This document shows positions 27,506 to 34,029 of a stretch of DNA of 34,029 nucleotides, piece after piece; position 1 is the first letter of the stretch; each line of letters opens with the position of its first letter. Below the pieces are notes generated by a model, which was given only the letters and a program-made list of their open reading frames with translations, had not been told where the DNA came from and ran no database searches. This stretch comes from Candidatus Sigynarchaeum calidifontis. GTDB taxonomy: Archaea; Asgardarchaeota; Lokiarchaeia; Sigyniarchaeales; Sigyniarchaeaceae. The DNA is taken from assembly GCA_030587475.2 (NCBI GenBank), contig JAUQYZ020000191.1:1-34029 (forward strand), given 5' to 3'. The position numbers were made by a program, and so were the translations under genes.

Positions 27506-28426
27506 TCATGATAGCATGTACCCGTCGCCACTACGGGTGATCTTCCCGGCCCCCAGCAAGTACCGCAGGTGATGGTCGACCATGATTGCCTCCGCGTGCC
27601 GGAGGTAGTCGCCGAACTTGTCGTAATTGCGATACACGAGATTGTGCCCGTAGATGTCGCTAGCAAGGAGCGGGGATCTCTCGTGAAGCATTCCCAATAT
27701 CTTGTCGTTCCGTTCCTCGATCTTCTTGAGAAAATAATCGAGCCCGTCCTTGATCGCTTTGCCTTCTTTCATCGCCTCGTGGCTCGTGACAGCGACGTCG
27801 ATGTCGATTGCTTGTAACGTTCGTATGGATTGGATGAAGGCATCGAGGCTGGAATCGCTGCACCCGTACCACGGACCGAATTTTGACAAGTCGATATCGC
27901 TCAAGAAGGCGATCTTGCGACCGGGCTCGTAGAAGCAGCAATGCCCGGCTGAATGGCCGGGGGCATGAATGACTTGCAACGACGCGTCGCCTTCCCGGAA
28001 CAGGTCCGTGGAAAGCGGTTCGACGCCATGCACGGGTTCCATGCCGATGGAATCCATGAAAATGGTAAATTCCTGCTCGAAAGGCATCCCGACGACCCCA
28101 TAGTTGCGCATGAAGGTCGTCGTGTCGGTTAACGCGGGAATGTCGGCGGGATGGCATGAAATACTCGCGCCTTTCATCATCTTGACACTGGTCGTGTGGT
28201 CCTCGTGCCAGTGGGACAACAAAATCCTGGTAACAGTGAATTCCTTCCGGAGTTTCCTGGCAATCCTGGCGCCGATCCCGCAGTCGATCATGAGCACGCT
28301 ATTGCCTTCTTTTTCCGTCCTTACCAATAACGCGTTTGAACAGGGATACCTTGCCTCGTTATCGCCTTGAACATGCAAGATTTCTGGCCAGGATCCATCG
28401 ATGACCTTCCAATGCTCGTTCATCAT
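27506..28426 (-). CDS. Metallo-beta-lactamase-fold hydrolase
   Basis: [12 protein letters not shown] (HxHxDH), PGHSAGH, SDID, TSHE; C-terminal winged-helix-like end (HHLRYL...GKI). Start ATG 28426. Confidence 0.9.
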   Translation of the reverse strand: MMNEHWKVIDGSWPEILHVQGDNEARYPCSNALLVRTEKEGNSVLMIDCGIGARIARKLRKEFTVTRILLSHWHEDHTTSVKMMKGASISCHPADIPALTDTTTFMRNYGVVGMPFEQEFTIFMDSIGMEPVHGVEPLSTDLFREGDASLQVIHAPGHSAGHCCFYEPGRKIAFLSDIDLSKFGPWYGCSDSSLDAFIQSIRTLQAIDIDVAVTSHEAMKEGKAIKDGLDYFLKKIEERNDKILGMLHERSPLLASDIYGHNLVYRNYDKFGDYLRHAEAIMVDHHLRYLLGAGKITRSGDGYMLS

Positions 28427-28437
28427 GCACACGCTCG

Positions 28438-29265
28438 TCACAAGAAACAACTACCCATCGACGTGCCATCGATATCGAGGATGTATGCATCTGTTGAATG
28501 CTTTTCCACGAGCAATTTCCTGGCACGGCGCATCTCTTGATCGTCGATCGGCTGCGCGGCGAGCGTCGCGTGGAACTCGCGCTCTAGACCCACCTTCAAG
28601 GCAGTTTTTAGTTGTTTCAAGGTGATGCCCGGCACGTGCTCTTTTATCGTCGTGAATTTTCTTGAAAATGTCGCGAGAGTTGAAGGATCCGGCGTCATCC
28701 CAGCGACACGGAGCATGGTCTCGAGGTCGTATTCGATCGTTATGGTCGAATGCATGAAGGTCATATTGGCGGTCGTTAGCATTGCTTGGCCAGCGATCTT
28801 GCGTCCATGCAGCGTGATGTCCGAGTTCGCTTGATAATCGACCGGCAAACCGAGCAGTCTCAACGCGGCGACGATGGGACGCGACAAGGCAGCGTACCGC
28901 CCGCCGAGTTTCGCTGGGAAGTCGGGCGTGTTCCTGAAGATGATGGAGATGCCGAGCTGCGAGTCGACGCGAGGGACGCCCATGATTATGGCACCGCCAC
29001 CCGTGATGCGCCTGCCGAGCTGGAGCCCGCTCGACCGGATGAACGGCATGTTAATTTCTCGAATGTCCTGGTTGCAGCCGATTACCACCGAGGGAGGCGC
29101 GAACTGGTAGAATCGAACCGTGTTCGGTCGGGCTCTTCCGCCCTCCTCCATGAAATCAAGCAGCGCCTCGTCAATGGCAAGCCCGAGCTGGACTGGATAC
29201 GCATCATCGTCGATCAAGCGCCATTCGCTCGCTGGAAATGTGAACGCGTCTTGATGGGTTGTCAT
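28438..29265 (-). CDS. Lipoate/octanoate-protein ligase family (LplA/LipM-like catalytic domain)
   Basis: LAIDEALL, PNTVRFY, SVVIG.NQ, RRITGGGAI, D...GRKIAGQA, H.TI; ATG 29265 forms an ATGA overlap with the lipS1 stop. Confidence 0.88.
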   Translation of the reverse strand: MTTHQDAFTFPASEWRLIDDDAYPVQLGLAIDEALLDFMEEGGRARPNTVRFYQFAPPSVVIGCNQDIREINMPFIRSSGLQLGRRITGGGAIIMGVPRVDSQLGISIIFRNTPDFPAKLGGRYAALSRPIVAALRLLGLPVDYQANSDITLHGRKIAGQAMLTTANMTFMHSTITIEYDLETMLRVAGMTPDPSTLATFSRKFTTIKEHVPGITLKQLKTALKVGLEREFHATLAAQPIDDQEMRRARKLLVEKHSTDAYILDIDGTSMGSCFL

Positions 29266-30302
29266 GATCGAGCCTCCCTCATGTGCTTCGCCACGAGCGA
29301 GCAGCAATCGCCGTGGAAAACAGGTTCGAGCCCGAGTTCCCGGGCACGAGCGACCGTTTCCTCGATTGGATATGCAATTCCGTTGAAACCGCACTCGACT
29401 GCGAACCGCTCGACCCGTTCCTTGAAATCCCCTTGTGGCTTTGCGCAGCCAAGCTGGACCGGAATGTCGGGATTGAGGATTCTCGCCGCGAGGACCATGA
29501 TCTCGACCTGGTCGATGTCTGGCACGACATCCGCCATCGGCGTGCCAGGGAATGGCATCAAGATAACGATGACAAGGACATCCGGCTTCAATTTACCGAG
29601 CATCGAAAGTGCATCGAGCTCACCCTTGATCTTGCCCCAATCGAGACCAATGATAACGTGAGGCATGACCGGGATGCCATTCTCCTTGCACGTGGTGACC
29701 ATGCGAGCGTAATCCTCAGGAACCGTATCCAAGTGACAGACCGCCTTGATCGTCTCGGCTGACCCGGGGAAATCGAACATCACCCCGTCGATGCCCGTGC
29801 CTCGCAAGGCGTGTATCTCATCATCATCCATCAAGCCCGAGTGGATGACGACATCGATGTCGTGCTGCTTCTTAGCAAGCCTTAGCACGTCGATACACGG
29901 GCGGATCGGCACCTTGCCATCCTTGCCCGAGCCCCCGCTCACGAGAACACCTGTTGCCCCGCTCGCGATCACGGCCCGGAGCACGCCCTCGAAGTTACCG
30001 GGATTGGCGTGCCGCATGGTTTGTAGCAAGTGACCCCTGCAATGGTCGCACTGCAGCATGCACGAGGCTCCCGTGATCGAGATGCTTTCAAAAACCCCGC
30101 GACTCGCCACGAACGATTCCGTGCCATAGGGGATGCCGCTGAAACCCGGTGCATGGCAATGCAGCACGCTGCCGAACCGGTCGACCCTTGCCTTGAAAGC
30201 CTGCTTCTTGGCTTCGTTGATTTGTCGCGGGGTCAAGGATGCGATGCATCGTGGCTCGCGTCGCAGTTTTTCAAGGTCGATAGGTACCATCGAAGGGATC
30301 AC
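29262..30302 (-). CDS. lipS1: Radical SAM protein, LipS1-type lipoyl synthase component
   Basis: SISITG..CMLQCDHC (CxxxCxxC), LVSGG, LGCAKP (GC(M/A)R-like) and C-terminal DCCS (CC) motifs. Start GTG 30302 (GTGA overlap with the lipS2 stop) or ATG 30290. Confidence 0.82.
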   Translation of the reverse strand: MIPSMVPIDLEKLRREPRCIASLTPRQINEAKKQAFKARVDRFGSVLHCHAPGFSGIPYGTESFVASRGVFESISITGASCMLQCDHCRGHLLQTMRHANPGNFEGVLRAVIASGATGVLVSGGSGKDGKVPIRPCIDVLRLAKKQHDIDVVIHSGLMDDDEIHALRGTGIDGVMFDFPGSAETIKAVCHLDTVPEDYARMVTTCKENGIPVMPHVIIGLDWGKIKGELDALSMLGKLKPDVLVIVILMPFPGTPMADVVPDIDQVEIMVLAARILNPDIPVQLGCAKPQGDFKERVERFAVECGFNGIAYPIEETVARARELGLEPVFHGDCCSLVAKHMREARS

Positions 30303-31429
30303 GGGGAGTCGTCGAGCAAGAAATCGTCGGCCACGTCGAGCGGCCGCACCCACGACGCGTCGTCGTAATTCCGCAGCTGTCGTTTGATCAACGCCACATC
30401 CCGAGCACCTGGAGGGAATGGAAAGTTGCGCAGCTCGCCTTTAGCCGCCTGGAAAGGCGTGCTGTTCGAATACGGCCTGTTGCACGTTATGAACCCGTCC
30501 TCGTCCTTGCAGCCTTGCGTGAGGAATGCGTGGCCGCTCGAGACCAGCTTGTCTAGTTTCTCCGGTGGCGCGCCGAAGTCGATGATTTGGCCGCGGTCGT
30601 TGAAGGCCATGGCATCCATCGTGGCAATTCCCTGGTGGATGGCTTCCCTGGCGAGTTGCACGCGCCGGTATTTTCCTATGCCTGGCTGGGGGTCGTGTTC
30701 CATGGCAGATCCTGGTTCTGGAAAAAAAGAGAATAAATGCGTATCGGAACCGAGATCGTGCACCCGCTGAATGACCGCGATGGCCTCTTTCTCGGTCTCG
30801 CCGATACCAATGATCAAGTGGATGCCCGTGTTCCCGGCGCCGAACACCTCAATGGCCTCCCGCAGTGCGCTCCAGTACCGATGCCAAGAATGGGGGCCGC
30901 GCACGCCCTTGCCCCGCCGCGTGTTGAATAATTGTTCCGTCGCTGCGTCGATGGCAATGCCTACCTTGTCAACGCCGAGCCCGTGCAATTCCTGGATCCA
31001 TGCCTTGTCGACGATCGTTGGCGCGATCAAGACAGAGATTTTTTTCCCCGTGGAAACCAGCATGCGCACGACCTCGAGCGTGTCTCCCTTCGCGCGCGGG
31101 TGGGTTACCATCGAGACGCACACCCGCATTATATCTCCTGCGTTGGTGGATCGCAAGGCGTTGACGATCGCGCGGGTCGGGTAGATGGGCCAGCGGACGC
31201 GTATGAAACTTTTCCCTTGGGTGGAGCCATCGGTTTTCCGATCTCGGCTCAAACCACAGAACGCGCAGTTTGCCTTGCAACCGTCGACATAGGTCAATAG
31301 CAAGTTGAGACAATGCAGCTTGGCGTCCCGGTAAAACGTGCCCTTCTCGAAACCAAGCGCCAGCGCCCCGGCGGTGCTCGTCTGCAGGTAATCGGGGCTT
31401 TCCTTAGGTGAACCGTGAACCACGTCCAT
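30299..31429 (-). CDS. lipS2: Radical SAM protein, LipS2-type lipoyl synthase component
   Basis: GCKANCAFCGLSR, RVRWP, HLIIGIGETE, LFSFFPE.G, YRRVQLAR, TQGC(x8)CNRPY..(TxGCPxCNRP variant with insertion), RNFPFPP. Confidence 0.82.
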   Translation of the reverse strand: MDVVHGSPKESPDYLQTSTAGALALGFEKGTFYRDAKLHCLNLLLTYVDGCKANCAFCGLSRDRKTDGSTQGKSFIRVRWPIYPTRAIVNALRSTNAGDIMRVCVSMVTHPRAKGDTLEVVRMLVSTGKKISVLIAPTIVDKAWIQELHGLGVDKVGIAIDAATEQLFNTRRGKGVRGPHSWHRYWSALREAIEVFGAGNTGIHLIIGIGETEKEAIAVIQRVHDLGSDTHLFSFFPEPGSAMEHDPQPGIGKYRRVQLAREAIHQGIATMDAMAFNDRGQIIDFGAPPEKLDKLVSSGHAFLTQGCKDEDGFITCNRPYSNSTPFQAAKGELRNFPFPPGARDVALIKRQLRNYDDASWVRPLDVADDFLLDDSP

Positions 31430-31453
31430 CACGTCAATCCGGCCCCCGCTGCG

Positions 31454-31460
31454 ATTTAAG
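31454..31460 (-). promoter_or_regulatory. Candidate TATA box of the lipS2-lipS1-ligase-MBL operon
   Basis: CTTAAAT on the minus strand about 25 nt upstream of ATG 31429, compatible with a leaderless transcript. Confidence 0.4.
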
Positions 31461-31563
31461 CATTAGCTATCGCTCGGCTCGCAAGGTGCTTTGCATGATC
31501 GGATGGACTTGAACTCAGCTGGAAAAAAGAGGAATATAAAGGGTGCGAGGCAAAGACAACCCG

Positions 31564-34029
31564 TCAATCGACCGAAAGAGCGAGCACTTCCTCGAATTTC
31601 TTCTTGTAATTCGCTGCTAATTCGAGCTCGCCATTCTTCTCCGCGATCACGATCATCTCTTGCAAGTATGCCATTGCGTTCATATAATCCTTCGAGCTGA
31701 TCGCGGCTTTTACCTGGGCCATGCGATCCTTGAGCAATTGCTTGTAGTTCAGCGCCGGTGCAGCCGCCGGGGTGCCCACAAGTGGCGAGGCATGCGATCC
31801 CATGGTAGCGGGAGCTGGATGCGAGGGTGGCGCCAGTTGCACGGTGATCTGGTTCTTGCAATTCCAGCACAGCTCGTGTCGCTGGGCAAGGGTCGAGGCG
31901 CACCGCAAGCAATACTTCACCGCGCAATGCGGGCAGTGGTAGGCCGTTCCCTTCAGCTGGCTCTCGCAGACGATGCATTTCTCCACCACCACGTCGACCT
32001 TGACCTCCTTTTCGGTGGCATCGTCGATTTTTTTTGGCACGTGCTCGTCGGCCGGGGCAGATACTAGCTTCCTGGCCTTGTGAACCGCTTTTGGAGCTTT
32101 TGGCTTTTTTGGAATGGCCGAGAGGCTCGCGTTAGATGGCTCCGCTGTTTTCTCTTGATGGGCCGGTAATGCTTTGTCCTCTGTCTGAGCTGCCTTCATG
32201 GGTATCTCCTGGTAAGAAGGCGCTGCCTTGCCCGCACCTTTAGCCTTGACCGGCGCTTTTTTCTTCGCCACCTTGATGGTCAAGCTGTCCATGGCTCGTT
32301 CGCCCCTGCTCGCCACGACAAAGGCCAGCGAGATGCCGCCAACGATGAACAGCAGTGCCAGGCCGAGGATGTAGGTGGGTCTTTCCTCGGAGGGCGGGTT
32401 CCAATTAACCTCATAAATGAGTAATTGTTCACTCTCGTCGTGGTGGTCGTCGATCGCCCTGATATGCACGTATATCTTGCCCCGATAGATCGACCCGTTG
32501 TTGAGATATCGATAGCAGAGGGCCACGTACGGTTCTGAAACGCGCGATATGCCGAGGAGATCGTTTGCGAATGGCCTGGTACCAATCATGATCTCGTATG
32601 TCTGGAAACCGCCGTCCCAGTCGAAAGCTGGCGACCATCGAACGATGGGGATGGAAAAATCGCCGACGGTCGTGTCAAGCCATGGATCCGTGCAAATGCC
32701 AGGCTTCGAATTCTCGATCTGGGTCATGGTCGAATTCACCGGCAAGCTGTTGTTTTCCCCGTCGAACGCAACGACACTTACAATGACGGCATCCCCCACG
32801 CGATAATATAGCCGGTTCGGGTCGTAGATGGATGCACCCGTGTATACCCACGTGAAATTGAAGCCCATCTTGGCGACATACCAGTCGCACGTGAACTGTA
32901 CCGGATCGCTATCGGCATCGAATGCGATGACCTGTGCATAATACGTTTCATTTTGTAATTTTTTGGTGCCATTTGTCATCACTGTCACTTCAACGATGAT
33001 CGGGGCCGAGTTCAATATCGGGATTGCAGCCGTCGTTCTCGGCCCGCTCATGGCACCATGTGAGTCCATGGCAAAGACACGGCAAGAAACCGTGTCATAC
33101 TTGTTGAAATGCGTCCCATCGAGCAAGATCGGCATCCCTGCTGTGCTGGTACCATTTAACACGATCGATCCATTGACCAACCACTCGTAATACCAGTGCT
33201 CCTCGTCGAGTGAATTGATGTCGTGGAAACCACCAGGGATGGCCATTATTGTATCGAGTTTCCTGGCGCTCGTAGCATTCAAGATGACGCTATCGAACGT
33301 CGGTGGCGTGTTCAAGATCACCAGGATCTCTTCAAGGACAGACGAGAAATCGATGCCGTCATATGCCATGATTTGGATCCGGTATACCCCCGGGTTCAAC
33401 TCGTGACTGCTGTTCACCGCGAAGGAACGCGTCGTGCCCGTGTATTGCCAGCCGAATAAATCTAAACCCGTGAGGTTCGAGACGATCTTGAAGCGGTATT
33501 CTGGTATCTGGCCGTCCGGGTCGTTCGCCGCGTCCCATGTTATCGTTAGAAACGGGTTCGAATCCTGGTCGGGCGAAACGTGATCACCGGGTCCCCATGA
33601 AGGCGGAGCGTTTGTCGTGATCAAGGAGCCTTGGAACGTCGTGGAATTGAGAATTCCATCCGATGCCACGATTAGGACATTGTAGGCCTGGTAGAGCACG
33701 AGTGAACTTAGAACTTGATACGATGGCGAGCTCGTGGTCTGCCAATCGACGATCACTTGCGTGGGATTCGAGCCATTCACGATGCGGATGTAAAAGATGA
33801 GCGGATCCCCGTCGATATCCGAGTGACCAGTCCACGTTATGAGCGGCGTGAGATCGGTCGTCTGCGTTGGGCTCATCGAGCTCGGGGGTAAGGGGGCCGA
33901 GTTCCCGATTGTCCTCGTCGGGCTCGTCTGGAGCGACCCGTACGCCGTCCCGTCGAACGGCTCCACAGTGAAGTACCACTGCTGCCCCTTGGCCGTGGTG
34001 CTGGCGGGCAGCGTGGTCAAGTCGTTGTA
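31564..34029 (-). CDS. Large cell-surface protein (5' end outside window): Ig/FN3/cadherin-like repeats, single TM, Lys/Pro/Ala-rich linker, C4C4 RING-like zinc finger, C-terminal helical domain
   Basis: Frame is open to position 34029. Repeats begin NSAP/NAPP/NTPP/NSKP with D.DGD-like motifs and V.A.DG ends; TM YILGLALLFIVGGISLAFVVA; CIVC-x10-CPHC-x4-CLRC-x10-CWNC. Confidence 0.85.
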   Translation of the reverse strand, partial: YNDLTTLPASTTAKGQQWYFTVEPFDGTAYGSLQTSPTRTIGNSAPLPPSSMSPTQTTDLTPLITWTGHSDIDGDPLIFYIRIVNGSNPTQVIVDWQTTSSPSYQVLSSLVLYQAYNVLIVASDGILNSTTFQGSLITTNAPPSWGPGDHVSPDQDSNPFLTITWDAANDPDGQIPEYRFKIVSNLTGLDLFGWQYTGTTRSFAVNSSHELNPGVYRIQIMAYDGIDFSSVLEEILVILNTPPTFDSVILNATSARKLDTIMAIPGGFHDINSLDEEHWYYEWLVNGSIVLNGTSTAGMPILLDGTHFNKYDTVSCRVFAMDSHGAMSGPRTTAAIPILNSAPIIVEVTVMTNGTKKLQNETYYAQVIAFDADSDPVQFTCDWYVAKMGFNFTWVYTGASIYDPNRLYYRVGDAVIVSVVAFDGENNSLPVNSTMTQIENSKPGICTDPWLDTTVGDFSIPIVRWSPAFDWDGGFQTYEIMIGTRPFANDLLGISRVSEPYVALCYRYLNNGSIYRGKIYVHIRAIDDHHDESEQLLIYEVNWNPPSEERPTYILGLALLFIVGGISLAFVVASRGERAMDSLTIKVAKKKAPVKAKGAGKAAPSYQEIPMKAAQTEDKALPAHQEKTAEPSNASLSAIPKKPKAPKAVHKARKLVSAPADEHVPKKIDDATEKEVKVDVVVEKCIVCESQLKGTAYHCPHCAVKYCLRCASTLAQRHELCWNCKNQITVQLAPPSHPAPATMGSHASPLVGTPAAAPALNYKQLLKDRMAQVKAAISSKDYMNAMAYLQEMIVIAEKNGELELAANYKKKFEEVLALSVD

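Noticed and set aside
29262-31429. Radical SAM pair as biotin synthase BioB or a RiPP maturase system
   Set aside because: LipS1/LipS2 signature Cys motifs and an adjacent lipoate ligase explain them; no precursor peptide or SPASM domain
1-34029. CRISPR arrays, tRNA/rRNA genes, transposases, integrases and defence islands
   Set aside because: No regularly spaced DNA repeats or recognisable motifs seen by eye, and intergenic gaps are mostly short; a tRNAscan/Infernal run would be needed to exclude small RNAs

Overview
Gene-dense, moderately GC-rich archaeal chromosomal segment with about 25 credible CDSs. I found no rRNA, tRNA, CRISPR array or mobile element. The gene content points by inference to an Asgard archaeon, probably Lokiarchaeia-like: a Rab/Ras-like small GTPase, three longin-like domains fused to membrane proteins, an HMf-type histone, a LipS1/LipS2 lipoyl synthase and oligo-T terminators. 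The most striking locus is a co-oriented three-gene cluster at 14807-17685. It encodes a Rab-like GTPase with no prenylation site, followed by two paralogous 7-TM proteins with predicted N-out/C-in topology, each ending in a cytoplasmic longin-like domain. This is a candidate receptor-coupled heterodimeric longin GEF/GAP plus small GTPase signalling module. Two giant single-pass surface proteins also carry eukaryote-like cytoplasmic tails: longin plus tandem winged helix (1153-6987), and a C4C4 RING-like finger plus helical hairpin (31564 to beyond 34029). Other content includes an S1P-lyase-like PLP enzyme next to an MFS transporter, a C45 Ntn-hydrolase and a GH36 glycosidase. There is also a divergent histone beside a C39-like peptidase, a flippase with DUF2934-like repeats, a lipS2-lipS1-lipoate ligase-MBL hydrolase operon and an ATPase gene remnant. 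All family calls come from motifs recognised by eye; no searches were run.
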